From an uncultured Succinivibrionaceae bacterium (GTDB taxonomy: Bacteria > Pseudomonadota > Gammaproteobacteria > Enterobacterales > Succinivibrionaceae), in assembly GCA_944393045.1 (NCBI GenBank), contig CALXYT010000005.1, positions 1 through 64,000 on the forward strand: a DNA stretch of 64,000 bases, written 5' to 3'. The translations under genes and the position numbers were made by a program. Within the stretch, counting starts at the first letter, position 1. Every line of letters starts with the position of its first letter. Below the pieces are notes generated by a model, which was not told the origin of the DNA, searched no databases, and saw only the letters and a list, made by a program, of their open reading frames with translations. Positions 10,667-21,162 of this stretch are shown one piece after another.

Positions 10667-11029
10667 TTATGCAAAAATCTTAGAGCGAAAAGAAAAGAAG
10701 ATAGCGCCCATAATGCAAAGACCTGCCCAGGCATAATCCCAGTTCCATTTTTCATCAAAATAAAAAATGCTAATTGGGATAAATACTGATAAGGTGATAG
10801 CTTCCTGCATGATTTTTAGCTGACCAACAGTAAAATATTGGTTAGCATAACGGTTAGCAGGAACCATTAAACAATACTCAAAAAGTGCAATGCTCCAGGA
10901 AAATAAAATGGCATAGAATAATGGTTTATTGGCCATTTCCTTTAAATGAGCATACCACGCAAAATTCATAAAAATATTACTGCATATTAGCAGTAAAACA
11001 CAACCTAAGATAACTAATTGTGCTGGCAT
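10667..11029 (-). CDS. Small inner-membrane protein, DMT-superfamily-like (DUF486-type)
   Basis: 120 aa with four predicted transmembrane helices, resembling the small DMT/DUF486 family. No motif-level proof. Confidence 0.5.
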   Translation of the reverse strand: MPAQLVILGCVLLLICSNIFMNFAWYAHLKEMANKPLFYAILFSWSIALFEYCLMVPANRYANQYFTVGQLKIMQEAITLSVFIPISIFYFDEKWNWDYAWAGLCIMGAIFFSFRSKIFA

Positions 11030-11180
11030 TTAAAAACTCCTCTTAAAGTATCGGTGCATTATACAGGAATTTTACGCAAGAATATTGTAAAATGCTAAAT
11101 ATTCAAAAATATATTACGTATTTTTAGAGGTGGTAATTCTGTAATAAAATACAAATTTGGGTAAATAACGAGGAATCTTT

Positions 11181-11576
11181 ATGGCTAAACCAGGGGCAAA
11201 GGGCATTACACGCATCATTAATGCTACTTTTTATAGTATGAAAGGTTTAAAAGCTGCTTTAATTCATGAGGCAGCATTCAGGCAGGAGGCATTTTTAGCA
11301 GTAATTATGATTGTTGCCGCTTTCTTTATTGCCTCAAGTTTAGTAGAACTTATTTTACTTATCATAGGTCCGTTTTTAGTGATGACGGTGGAGATTTTAA
11401 ATTCTGCCATTGAAAGTGTAGTAGATCGCATCGGTAATGAATACCATGAACTGGCAGGTAGAGCTAAGGATATGGGAAGTGCTGCGGTATTTATCATGCT
11501 TATGTTTACCTTGATTGTTTGGGTATTGGTAGTTGATAATAAATATTTTAATGTATTAACAAAGGCTTTTAATTAA
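11181..11576 (+). CDS. dgkA: Diacylglycerol kinase
   Basis: 131 aa with three transmembrane helices. Conserved AAFRQE and EILNSAIE motifs as in E. coli DgkA. Confidence 0.85.
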   Translation: MAKPGAKGITRIINATFYSMKGLKAALIHEAAFRQEAFLAVIMIVAAFFIASSLVELILLIIGPFLVMTVEILNSAIESVVDRIGNEYHELAGRAKDMGSAAVFIMLMFTLIVWVLVVDNKYFNVLTKAFN

Positions 11577-12112
11577 TGAATATACCTAATAATGATAATT
11601 CTCTTATAACTAAAGAGTACGAAGATTTTGTAAAAGATCCTGGCTATGTGCAAATTTTAGCGGATATGCACCTGCGAATAAAGGCGGTATTTATCGCTAA
11701 AATTATTTTGCTTCTTATGGCGTTAAAGCCCTTTATCTTTAAAGTATATGGTTATTTAAGTGCTGATTTACCTCTAGCGCAAATCACCTTTACTTTTTAT
11801 GAACTTATCGAGGCTCTGGTTCCTTTTACTTTAGGTGTGTTGTGGTTTATTATAAAAAAATCTTTCTTTGCGATAATTTGCTGCTTGGGAATGCTAATTT
11901 TATTTTTATATTTAGTAGCTATCAATCCACAAGCAAGCCCAACTTTAATTGTTAATATTCTTATTTTAGTAGTACTTTATTTTGCAGTACGCATGCAGGC
12001 GCAGATAGAACGTTTTGACCGAAATTTTAAGTTGCTCCATGATATACCACGATATCGTCAATATAAAAAGTTACTTCTAAAAGAGCAGAAACGTAAACTT
12101 AAGGCTAAATAA
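11576..12112 (+). CDS. Hypothetical polytopic membrane protein
   Basis: 178 aa, about four hydrophobic helices and a basic C-terminus. Start overlaps the dgkA stop (ATGA), implying translational coupling. No family recognised. Confidence 0.45.
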   Translation: MNIPNNDNSLITKEYEDFVKDPGYVQILADMHLRIKAVFIAKIILLLMALKPFIFKVYGYLSADLPLAQITFTFYELIEALVPFTLGVLWFIIKKSFFAIICCLGMLILFLYLVAINPQASPTLIVNILILVVLYFAVRMQAQIERFDRNFKLLHDIPRYRQYKKLLLKEQKRKLKAK

Positions 12113-12322
12113 TATAATAATGTTTCTTAGATGTAAAAATTAAACCATGCTCAAATTATTAGCTGGCAGCATGCGTATTTTTATCCAAATTACTTACGTT
12201 TACTGTTAATATGTGAGTATTGGTTTAAGCTGTATATATTTACCCCAAGCGAGCGCTTAAAAATAAAGTTCTAATGTGCTTTTTGGAAGGTGGTAGATAT
12301 CTTATTTTATAATTAAAGGAGA

Positions 12323-12883
12323 GTGGTAATGATTGAGTATATCAATAGCCTCGATTTAATTTTGCAGGTATATTACGGTTTAGCAATCGTTGGCGGGATA
12401 ATCTTTTTAGCGCAGCTTTTAATGCTCTTTTTAGGTTTTAGTACAGATGGTATAACTACCGATGTGCCTGATTCTTCAACCTATGCTTTTAAGTTCTTTT
12501 CATTACAAGGATTATCAGGGTTCTTTTTAATCTTTGGGTTAATTGGTGCTTATACCCAAGATATTACTAATAATGGCATTATTTCTTTTATCGCAGGTTT
12601 AGTTGCAGGTTTAATCATGAACTTTATTATCTGCAAACTTATCAATATGCTCTTAAAGCTTCAAAGCAGTGGTAATTTAGATTACCAAAATGCAATAGGT
12701 CTTTCAGGTACCGTTTATTTAAGTATACATAAAGGAGAGGTTGGACAGGTTCAAATTAATATTCAAAATCGCTTAGTATTCCCCAAGGCAGTCTCAGCTG
12801 ATAATGAAGAGATAAAAACAGGGGAGCGAGTTAAAGTTGTTAGAGTTGATAGCGATAATATCTTAGTAGTTGAAAAGTGCTAG
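12323..12883 (+). CDS. yqiJ: NfeD-like (YqiJ-type) membrane protein, partner of flotillin
   Basis: N-terminal transmembrane helices plus a C-terminal OB-fold-like soluble domain (GQVQINIQNRLVFPKAV...GERVKVVRV). Immediately upstream of an SPFH/flotillin gene, as in E. coli yqiJK. Confidence 0.65.
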   Translation: MVMIEYINSLDLILQVYYGLAIVGGIIFLAQLLMLFLGFSTDGITTDVPDSSTYAFKFFSLQGLSGFFLIFGLIGAYTQDITNNGIISFIAGLVAGLIMNFIICKLINMLLKLQSSGNLDYQNAIGLSGTVYLSIHKGEVGQVQINIQNRLVFPKAVSADNEEIKTGERVKVVRVDSDNILVVEKC

Positions 12884-12936
12884 TTATTATTAAATTAAAG
12901 TTATAGTTATAAATACATTATAAAGGACAGTAAACA

Positions 12937-14412
12937 ATGCTTGTTATTATTTCGTTTGTTATTGGTGCGTTAATATTACTGGCACTCATAATATTCTTTG
13001 TTAATCGCTATAGACGATGCCAGTCTGACCAAATCTTAGTTATTTACGGTATGGTATCAGGGGAGAGAACTTCAAAATGTATGCATGGTGGTGGCGCATT
13101 TGTATGGCCATTAATCCAAGATTATAAATATATGAGCTTAACCCCAATTACCATTAATATTCCATTACAAGGGGCGCTTTCTTCGCAGAATATTCGTATT
13201 AATGTTCCTTCAGCATTTACTATTCGTATTAGTGAAGAACCAGGTATTATGGAAAACGCGGCTGTATGTTTGCTTGAGCTTGGGCAAGAGCAGATTGAAG
13301 ATATGGCAACAAATATTATCTTTGGTCAGTTGCGTTTGACAGTAGCATCTTTAACAATTGAAGAAATTAACCAAGACCGTGAAAGCTTCTTAGAAAAGAT
13401 TCGTAAGAATGTGGAACCTGAATTAAATCGTATCGGTTTAACATTACTTAACGTAAACGTTACAGATATTACCGATGATGCAGACTATATTGCAAGTATT
13501 GGTAAGAAGGCAGCTGCTGAGGCAGTAAACCAAGCTAAGATTGACGTGGCAACTCAAGAGAAGATTGGTTCTATTGGTGAATCTGCAGCAAATAAGGAAA
13601 AAGATATTTCTGTTGCGGTGAATATGGCGGAAGCACAAAAAGGTATGAAGCTTGCCGAAGCTGACCAGCGCTGCTACGTGGCAGAACAGGAATCTAATGC
13701 TATTGCAGGTGAAAATGACGCTAAAGCAAAGATTGCACAATCAAATGCTAATTTAAGTGTGATTGAGGCTGAGGCTCGTAGACAGGCTGAAGTTGCGCAG
13801 CGTATGGCAGAAGTTGAAATTCAGAAAGCTCAGTACGAAGCTGAAAAGCAACGTTTGAATGCTGCCGAAATTGCCCAGCAAGAAATTGATAAACAGAAGA
13901 TTATTATCGATGCACAAGCTGTTGCTGAAAAAGCTCGTCAGGAAGCTGCTGGTGAGGCTGATGCTATTTTACTTAAATATCAGGCTGAAGCAAAAGGTCA
14001 GCAAGCTTTACTTGAGGCAAAGGCTGAGGGGTATAAGAGATTGGTGCAGAGTGCTGGTAATAACGCATCTGATGCCGCAACTTTACTTATGATTGAAAAA
14101 CTTGAACAATTAGTTAGTATGCAAACAGAAGCTATTAGAAATATTAAGATTGATAAGGTTACTGTTTGGGATAAGGGGGAAGGAGCATCTGATGGTAAAA
14201 CCTCTACTGCTGACTTCTTATCTGGTATGGTAAAGAGTTTGCCACCACTACATGATGTAGCGCAGATGGCAGGCTTAAACTTACCTCAATACCTAGGCTC
14301 TTTAGGTAGTGCTCCAATAGATGTTAAAAATGCAAAGGTGGTAAAGGAAGATAAAAAAGTAGCAGCAACATCTAAAGCTACTAAAGAAGAAAGTGCTAAT
14401 AAAGCAGAGTAA
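12937..14412 (+). CDS. yqiK: Flotillin-like SPFH/band-7 protein (YqiK family)
   Basis: N-terminal transmembrane helix, SPFH domain, then a long Ala/Glu/Gln-rich coiled coil (AEAQK…AEARRQAEVAQR…). 491 aa. Confidence 0.8.
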   Translation: MLVIISFVIGALILLALIIFFVNRYRRCQSDQILVIYGMVSGERTSKCMHGGGAFVWPLIQDYKYMSLTPITINIPLQGALSSQNIRINVPSAFTIRISEEPGIMENAAVCLLELGQEQIEDMATNIIFGQLRLTVASLTIEEINQDRESFLEKIRKNVEPELNRIGLTLLNVNVTDITDDADYIASIGKKAAAEAVNQAKIDVATQEKIGSIGESAANKEKDISVAVNMAEAQKGMKLAEADQRCYVAEQESNAIAGENDAKAKIAQSNANLSVIEAEARRQAEVAQRMAEVEIQKAQYEAEKQRLNAAEIAQQEIDKQKIIIDAQAVAEKARQEAAGEADAILLKYQAEAKGQQALLEAKAEGYKRLVQSAGNNASDAATLLMIEKLEQLVSMQTEAIRNIKIDKVTVWDKGEGASDGKTSTADFLSGMVKSLPPLHDVAQMAGLNLPQYLGSLGSAPIDVKNAKVVKEDKKVAATSKATKEESANKAE

Positions 14413-14435
14413 TAAACTTTATTAAGCTTTACCTG

Positions 14436-14471
14436 GAACCTAGTTTATCTTTTTAGACTAGGTTCTTTTTT
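14436..14471 (+). terminator. Rho-independent terminator after yqiJK
   Basis: 9-bp stem gaacctagt / actaggttc, 12-nt loop, then TTTTTT. Confidence 0.6.
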
Positions 14472-14591
14472 ATGTAGAAAAAAGTGGAGAAAAGCAAAAT
14501 CATAAAGCAATGACTAAAACTAACACAAAAAAAAATAGTAAAATATAAACCACCGTAACCCCAATAAACTAATACAAAAAGGTAATAGCAA

Positions 14592-15122
14592 GTGATTGCA
14601 GAAGATAAGAAGCAAGTATGTGAAGAAAATAATGATGAATTTTTTATGCATGAGGCCATAGAAGAGGCTAAAAAATCATTAGCGCAAAATGAGGTACCGG
14701 TAGGGGCGATAATAGTCAAGGATAATACTATTATTGCTAGAGCCCATAATTTAATGATTAGTGATCATAGTCCAACGGCTCATGCTGAAATGCTTGCTAT
14801 AAAAACAGCTGGTGAGTTTTTAAAGAATTATCGCTTGGTAGATACTACACTTTATGTTACTTTAGAGCCTTGTGTTATGTGCGTAGGGGCTATTATTCAT
14901 GCAAGAATAAAAAGAGTAGTATTTGGAGCAAGTGATTATAAAACAGGGGCGGTAAATTCAGCTTTTAACTTACTGTTAGACCCAAAGCATAATCATCATC
15001 CTGAAGTTTTAGGGGGAGTTTTAGGGGAAGAAACCTCTAAGCTTTTATCAGATTTTTTTGCAAAAAGACGTCTTGAGATTAAAGAAGAAAAACTTAAGAA
15101 AAAACTTTTAGAAAAAAGGTAA
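14592..15122 (+). CDS. tadA: tRNA-specific adenosine-34 deaminase TadA
   Basis: CDA zinc motifs HAEMLAI and LEPCVMCVGAI. GTG start at 14592, or ATG at 14646 (MHEAIEEA). Lys/Glu-rich C-terminal tail. Confidence 0.85.
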   Translation: MIAEDKKQVCEENNDEFFMHEAIEEAKKSLAQNEVPVGAIIVKDNTIIARAHNLMISDHSPTAHAEMLAIKTAGEFLKNYRLVDTTLYVTLEPCVMCVGAIIHARIKRVVFGASDYKTGAVNSAFNLLLDPKHNHHPEVLGGVLGEETSKLLSDFFAKRRLEIKEEKLKKKLLEKR

Positions 15123-15294
15123 CAGATAAAAAACGCAAAAAAATAAAATCAGCCAAAAATAAAACACTAAAAATCCTAAAAAATCTCAAAAAAATTTGTA
15201 ACGTTAAAGCCTGCTAAACGTTTCCTTAATGCAATTGAGTTTAGTATGCATTAGGTATTTACTTAATTGTTCCTTTTTGTAACTGTAAAAAATT

Positions 15295-15327
15295 ATCCCT
15301 CAAACTTGTATTTGAGGGATTTTTTTA
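15295..15327. terminator. Bidirectional rho-independent terminator between convergent tadA and ppk
   Basis: Perfect 10-bp stem atccctcaaa / tttgagggat, 6-nt loop, T7 tract on the + strand and an A-tract upstream. Confidence 0.7.
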
Positions 15328-15356
15328 GCTTTCTAAGTATGTAATTAACCAACAAG

Positions 15357-17525
15357 CTATTTGTTATTGATTGTTACATCATTAGCTATTTCATCGGTAG
15401 TAATTTGAGTATCAGAAGACCCTGGTTCCTGGGCTAAACTTTCTTCTGTTATAGCTTCTTTATTGATACCTGATTCTACAGCTTGTAAGTAGTCATAAAT
15501 TGCGATTTGTGATCTAATCTTACGTCTATTACCACGTTTAACGTATTCATTTACCTGATCTTGATCGATAACACGAGCCTTCATGGTATCTTTAAATTGG
15601 ATATCGATAATATCTAAAATACGCTGCTTTAATATTGGAGAAAGTATAGGAGTACCAACTTCAATACGGTAATCAAGGTTACGAGTCATCCAGTCAGCAG
15701 ATGAAATATAAAGTTTAGTATTACCGTTATTATAGAAGAACATTACACGAGGGTGTTCTAGGTAACGGTCTACAATACTAATAACTGAGATGTTTTCACT
15801 TAAACCTTTAACACCCGGGCGAAGTGAGCACATGCCTCTAATAATCATCTTTATTTCTACCCCCGCTTGAGATGCAGCATAAAGACGAGCAATCAAGCCC
15901 TTATCAACGAGGTTATTAACCTTAAGGATAATCTGAGCCTTAAATCCAGCCTTAGCATTATTAATTTCATTATCAATTAAAGAGTAGATATTATTTCTTG
16001 AATTGATTGGTGATACTAGTAAGTGCTTGAAGTTCGGTCTGATGTATGGGTATTCAATAAACTCAAAGACATTTTCAACCTCGCCAGCAAGTTCTTCATT
16101 AGCTGTAAAGAGCGCAAAGTCGGTATAAATCTTGGCAGTTTTTTCATTAAAGTTACCAGTACCAATATGAGCGTAACGAACATGCTTATCATTTTCAATA
16201 CGAGTAACAATACAAAGCTTAGAGTGAATCTTTAAGCTTGGTACACCAAATAATACTTTAACGCCTGCATCAGTTAATCTGTTAGCCCATTGAATATTGT
16301 TTTCTTCATCAAAACGAGCTTTAAGTTCAACTACTACTGTTACGTTTTTACCGTTATTAGCAGCATCGATAAGTGAGTCAATAACACGGCTATTACGAGC
16401 TACACGATAAATGTTAATCTTAATAGATGTTACTGATGGGTCATATGATGCCTGACGGAGTAACTCAGTAAAATATCTAAATGAGTGATATGGATAGTAA
16501 AGTAAAATATCATTACGCTTAATAGCCTCAAAGATATTATTTGAAGCTTCAAAGTCCTTAGAACTTAAAGCTGGTAGCTTAGAGTTCTCAAGGTAATCAC
16601 GACCTACATTCGGGAAGCCGATAAAGTCTTTGAAGTTATGGTATCTGCCACCGTCCATAACAGAATCGAAGTCTTTCATAGAAAGTTCTTTAAGAAGGAA
16701 TCTCACCATGTCTCTTGGCATATCTTTGTCGTATGCAAAACGAACCGGCATAGCGATAAGACGCTGCTTAAGACTGTTAGACATGTTTTCCACAAAAGAT
16801 CTATCAAGCTGTGAGGTTAAATCATATTCCGCATCTCTATTCATCTTAATAGAGTAGGCTTTAATCTTGGTGTAATCAAAAAGACCACGGAAAATATCAT
16901 CAAGGCCAATTCTGATTACATTATCAAGGATCATCAATACCTTATCACGGCGATTAGCAGAAGGAACTTGAATAAAACGCTCTACCTTATCAGTAGGAAT
17001 TTCAATAAGAGCATACTGTGGCTTTTGGTCATCTTTAAGCATTTCTACTGCCAAATAAGTATATTTATCTTTTAAGAAGGCAATTAAGTCTACTGATTCA
17101 GAAAGAATTACAGGGCTAATGTGTTTTAATACATTATCTTTAAAATACTTCTTTACCCAAACTTTTTGGTCAGGAGTAATTTGTGTTTCATCAAGTAGGT
17201 AAATGCTATGAGAAGCTAATTCTTGTAATAAGGTCTGGTAAGTTTTATCAAACACAATACTTAATTGCTTCACACGATTTAAAGCTTCTTTTAAGATAGC
17301 CTTTGAACCTCTATCGGTGCCATTTTCTTCATCGATTAGGACACTACGCTTAAGTTCAGCAATCTTAACTTTAAAAAATTCATCTTGGTTGCTTGAATAG
17401 ATTCCTAAAAATCTCACTCGTTCAATAAGTGGTACGCTTTCATTTTGAGCTTCTTGAAGCACTCTTTCATTAAAGGAAAGCCAACTAATTTCTTTTGGTA
17501 TCCAATTCATTGCATCCGTTTTCAT
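15357..17525 (-). CDS. ppk: Polyphosphate kinase 1
   Basis: Collinear with E. coli PPK along its length: ELSWLSFNERVLQEA, RFLGIYSSNQDEF, TYLAVE, MNRDAEYD, HNFKDFIGFPNVG, LLYYPYHSF, HSKLC…RYAHIGTGNFNE, SSADWMTRN. Confidence 0.9.
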   Translation of the reverse strand: MKTDAMNWIPKEISWLSFNERVLQEAQNESVPLIERVRFLGIYSSNQDEFFKVKIAELKRSVLIDEENGTDRGSKAILKEALNRVKQLSIVFDKTYQTLLQELASHSIYLLDETQITPDQKVWVKKYFKDNVLKHISPVILSESVDLIAFLKDKYTYLAVEMLKDDQKPQYALIEIPTDKVERFIQVPSANRRDKVLMILDNVIRIGLDDIFRGLFDYTKIKAYSIKMNRDAEYDLTSQLDRSFVENMSNSLKQRLIAMPVRFAYDKDMPRDMVRFLLKELSMKDFDSVMDGGRYHNFKDFIGFPNVGRDYLENSKLPALSSKDFEASNNIFEAIKRNDILLYYPYHSFRYFTELLRQASYDPSVTSIKINIYRVARNSRVIDSLIDAANNGKNVTVVVELKARFDEENNIQWANRLTDAGVKVLFGVPSLKIHSKLCIVTRIENDKHVRYAHIGTGNFNEKTAKIYTDFALFTANEELAGEVENVFEFIEYPYIRPNFKHLLVSPINSRNNIYSLIDNEINNAKAGFKAQIILKVNNLVDKGLIARLYAASQAGVEIKMIIRGMCSLRPGVKGLSENISVISIVDRYLEHPRVMFFYNNGNTKLYISSADWMTRNLDYRIEVGTPILSPILKQRILDIIDIQFKDTMKARVIDQDQVNEYVKRGNRRKIRSQIAIYDYLQAVESGINKEAITEESLAQEPGSSDTQITTDEIANDVTINNK

Positions 17526-17983
17526 AAAGAATCCTTGATAAAGTTGAACTAAAAACTAAATCTAAATGATAAATTTAAAGGCTCAAGAGCGAGTTAAATT
17601 TATCCGAGATTGCTGGTTTATAAAGCTTTTATATGTTTTTAAGCACACAATGGCATAATAAAAAACTTAGCTAATTATACCATATGTTTGCTTATTTATG
17701 TTATTGACCTTCTTAGCTAAAGATGAATATTGCTTAAAAGGGGAAAAGCTTTTTTATGGTAAATTTGTGAGATAGACTGCAAAAAGATAAAAATCTTAAT
17801 AAAGTTCATTTTATAATCTTTGTGTTAAATTACTGCAAAAGAGAGGTAAAAATCTTAATAAAACCTTAAAAGGTGTTTTTTCATGAAAAATTCTTTTGTT
17901 AGATGAAATAAATTAGCCCCTGCTTGGAGCTGGGACCAAAGGGGGAGAGAAAAGGTACAGGTTAGGAAGAAGTGCAGGAATAA

Positions 17984-18817
17984 TTAGTTAAAGAGGTAAC
18001 TTGCAAAGTAATTTTTTATAAGATTAAAACTGAAGTGTCTGTCAAAGCCTATTAAATCATGCGCAAAAGTCTCTTCTGCCTCAATTAGTCTTAATGGGGT
18101 AAGTTCCTTGATAGCTTTAGCGATAAATAAGTTATTAAGTTTACTAAAAGACTTATGATTAGTTTTGTCTATGATGTAAGCTAAAACTTCACTATCATTA
18201 TATTGTGCCTGATACTGCTTAGTAAGCACAGAGCTAATAAGTAATGAACTTGGTATAAGTACCTTATAATCATTTACGCTAGCTAAATTTAATACATTAT
18301 CAAGTTCTGAATTATCAAGATTTACTAGAAAATATTGTACGTTTTTAACTTTGGAGCTTTTTATTCTTAGCAAGATAAATTTATTCGGCAAGTTCTCACT
18401 ATCCTTTAATTGCTCAAAGGTGGTGGCGTTAATTAGTACTTTGCTCTTTATTTGATTTAGATACAAATTAGTAAACTCTTGGGCGAGATTCTGGTAGATA
18501 CTGGTATCGAAGATATAGATTGTTTGCTTGTTGGATAACTCCTTAATTAAGCTATTTTTACAATGCTCGATTGCTTTATTATTTTTTTTGTTATTTTCTA
18601 ACTGCTCTTTAATTAAAGATTGGAGTTTTTTAAAGGAGAGCTGATGTAGGGGAGTCGGGTTTTTAGAGTATTTAAGAAGTGTATTATATTGATTTAAGTT
18701 TACAATTAGCTCTGTTAAAAGTGCGCAACGAGCCAGTAGTGGTGTTTCCTGGTTGCTAAGCTCTTTATGTAAGTTATTCCATGCGACAGGTTTGTTATTA
18801 AATAGGTTTTTAATCAT
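17984..18817 (-). CDS. Hypothetical protein (Asn/Lys-rich, no recognisable domain)
   Basis: 277-aa ORF with no signal peptide. Composition is strongly AT-driven. No family recognised. Confidence 0.4.
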   Translation of the reverse strand: MIKNLFNNKPVAWNNLHKELSNQETPLLARCALLTELIVNLNQYNTLLKYSKNPTPLHQLSFKKLQSLIKEQLENNKKNNKAIEHCKNSLIKELSNKQTIYIFDTSIYQNLAQEFTNLYLNQIKSKVLINATTFEQLKDSENLPNKFILLRIKSSKVKNVQYFLVNLDNSELDNVLNLASVNDYKVLIPSSLLISSVLTKQYQAQYNDSEVLAYIIDKTNHKSFSKLNNLFIAKAIKELTPLRLIEAEETFAHDLIGFDRHFSFNLIKNYFASYLFN

Positions 18818-18977
18818 AGCTTCACCTCTTCTTAAGTTGCTGTCTTAAGCTTGAGTTCATGATACATGTGCAAGATTAAAGTTTAATGCAATTGATGTAA
18901 AACTTAAGAAAAGAGTAAGAGCTAATTGTTAAAAATAAACCAGACTACCTTCATAGTCTGGTAAAAAGATCAAAATT

Positions 18978-19841
18978 TTAAAAAATACCTAAGAATTTTT
19001 TATGTTTTTTATAAAATGGTTTACAGCCTTTAATAGCGTTAGTAATAAAGCTACTTTCCTTATTATATTTAATAAAATCTTGTGGGATATTATTAACATA
19101 AGGCTTGCAAAGTTTGGCCATATCGGTAAATAGATGTGTTACATCCTCATCATCAGATTCAACTATGATTAAGTAGCTTAGCCCCTTATCAGGTCTTTCC
19201 ATTAAACGAAGCCAGGCATTATTAACGCAGTGGTGATTTTTTAAGACATTTGTCATGATATCAACTATTTTGGCGGGGTAAACTTTCGGGTTTCCTATTA
19301 GTACTTTAGTGCCCGATTCAATAGTGTAAGTGCGAGCAACTTCCACATTACCTGCTACATTAAGCATGGATTTGATAAGTGCCTTATTTAAGGTAATGCT
19401 CGCCCCAAATGGATTTATCACAATGCCATCATTATCTTTAAGCTTATCAACTAAATTGGTGGCAAGTTTAACAAAGCTTTGTTTTAAGGTGCCGGATTTT
19501 TGTTGGGTTAATTTATTAAGCTCTGTCTCATTGGTAAATACAGGGCAATAGATATCGCCATTTTCATTTTGGAGCATCATTAACGAAACATCAGAGGCTT
19601 TTGGGATTACTAGCTCATTGTTATTATTGATTGAGGCATCAGAAATATTAATAGGTGCTAGAACTTGTGAGGTAAGCAACTTTTGTAAAAAAATCTGACG
19701 GTTAATATCAGTTTGTGATTCATAAAAATGAGTAATAGCTTTATCTAATTCTTCATTATGAATCATCTGCTGAGTATTGTTTAACTTATCTACTACATCT
19801 TTGTTAGCTGCCATAAAATGACCTATCTTAAAACTTGTCAT
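18978..19841 (-). CDS. sseB: SseB-family protein (enhanced serine sensitivity protein-like)
   Basis: Patchy collinearity with E. coli SseB: IYCPVFTNETELNKL vs SVIPFFTSLEALQQ; YLIIVESDDEDVTHL vs LLIGIEADGDIEEI; C-terminal SSFITNAIKGCKPFYKKHKKF vs ISHFITEHIAPFYERRWGGF. Confidence 0.55.
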   Translation of the reverse strand: MTSFKIGHFMAANKDVVDKLNNTQQMIHNEELDKAITHFYESQTDINRQIFLQKLLTSQVLAPINISDASINNNNELVIPKASDVSLMMLQNENGDIYCPVFTNETELNKLTQQKSGTLKQSFVKLATNLVDKLKDNDGIVINPFGASITLNKALIKSMLNVAGNVEVARTYTIESGTKVLIGNPKVYPAKIVDIMTNVLKNHHCVNNAWLRLMERPDKGLSYLIIVESDDEDVTHLFTDMAKLCKPYVNNIPQDFIKYNKESSFITNAIKGCKPFYKKHKKFLGIF

Positions 19842-20110
19842 AAAACATACATTTATATCTTTAAGGGGATGATAATTCTTTAACAGTGGGTAATGTTTTT
19901 GATTGTAGCAGTTAGTTGCAATCTAGGCAAATAATACTAGGTGCTTTTTGGGCAAGATAATCGTAAAAATGCGATTTTTTAGGTAGATTTTGATGCTTAA
20001 AGAATGCAAGATAAGAGTAGATGGCTTATTTTATTTTTTGTCTTTTGTGCCGATAAGTAAGTATAGGAGGAGTAAATCTAGCGCATTTTTTTCTTGGTCA
20101 GGAGGTTCTT

Positions 20111-20383
20111 ATGGACGGACTATATGCCATTATCCCCAAAGGTATTAGGGAAGCTAAGGATTTACGCTTTAAAAAAGGTGTAGAGAAAGTTGCTAAAAAA
20201 GGTAAAAGTAGCGCCTTATTAGAAAATGAGGATAACTCAACTAAGTATGCTTTAGAAGATACTGCAACAAATAAGGAAGAAGCATTTACTGAGCAAGATA
20301 GTAATGATGAGAGCCTTGTTTACGGGCGTGAGGGGCAAGTAAAAGAGGACATTACTACTAAAAAAGTAGATTTTAGTACTTAA
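20111..20383 (+). CDS. Small acidic hypothetical protein (90 aa)
   Basis: Strong SD AGGAGG 5 nt upstream of the ATG. No transmembrane helix or signal peptide; Lys/Glu/Asp-rich. No homologue recognised. Confidence 0.35.
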   Translation: MDGLYAIIPKGIREAKDLRFKKGVEKVAKKGKSSALLENEDNSTKYALEDTATNKEEAFTEQDSNDESLVYGREGQVKEDITTKKVDFST

Positions 20384-20397
20384 TTTTAGAACTTTAC

Positions 20398-21153
20398 TTA
20401 AAAAGTATGGTTCTGGTAGATTATGGTTCTGAAGTTCTCTTGTAATTTTGGCTTATCTGCCCGGTAGAGGCGATAAGGCTTAGTATCGATTAAAATTAGC
20501 GCTTCTTTATATGAAAGTTTTGCACTAGCTTCTAGTAACTGATAGCCATAAGCTTTAATGTGTGGTTCATCTTTGTCAAAGAAATATTTTCCTAAAGTAA
20601 AAAATCCATGAGCATCACCTAAGGTAATACGATTTAAGTGTCTAATCCAGTGATTAGCTTCTTTATACTGTTTATTGCTATAAAAATCGTAAATAATCTC
20701 TAAGACCTTATCTACCTTAGTAACATTTGCCTGCTCTAAGGCAAGATGCGCTTTATTGGCTGCCTCAATTTCATAAGGGGTATAGGAGTGCTTAAATTCT
20801 TTACCGTCATAAGTTGTAAGTGGTGAGCTTATAGTTTTAATGGTATCACTTACGAGCATATTGCAAGTAGTGAAGGGTTTAGCAAAAACTTCTTGCTGAA
20901 AATATAAATAATTCGGGCTTTTTTTGGAAAGGGTTGATTTATAAAGATCAGCAAGTTTTTCAGCACTTGCAAAAATCCCATACGAGCATTCTTTAGCATA
21001 GCTAATAAAACTATTAGCAAGTGGGGTGTTTTCTGTGCGGGTGAAGTTATCAAGGGGTAATTTAAGATTACGAGAAACAAATTCTCTTTTTGGCGCACAA
21101 CCTGTGGTAATAATAAGGGTTATTAGAGCGCAAAGTAAGAGAAATTTGTTCAT
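20398..21153 (-). CDS. Hypothetical lipoprotein
   Basis: Signal peptide with lipobox ITTGC. 251 aa. 9-bp gap downstream of bamE on the same strand, so probably co-transcribed. Confidence 0.55.
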   Translation of the reverse strand: MNKFLLLCALITLIITTGCAPKREFVSRNLKLPLDNFTRTENTPLANSFISYAKECSYGIFASAEKLADLYKSTLSKKSPNYLYFQQEVFAKPFTTCNMLVSDTIKTISSPLTTYDGKEFKHSYTPYEIEAANKAHLALEQANVTKVDKVLEIIYDFYSNKQYKEANHWIRHLNRITLGDAHGFFTLGKYFFDKDEPHIKAYGYQLLEASAKLSYKEALILIDTKPYRLYRADKPKLQENFRTIIYQNHTF

Positions 21154-21162
21154 AAGAGGTTC

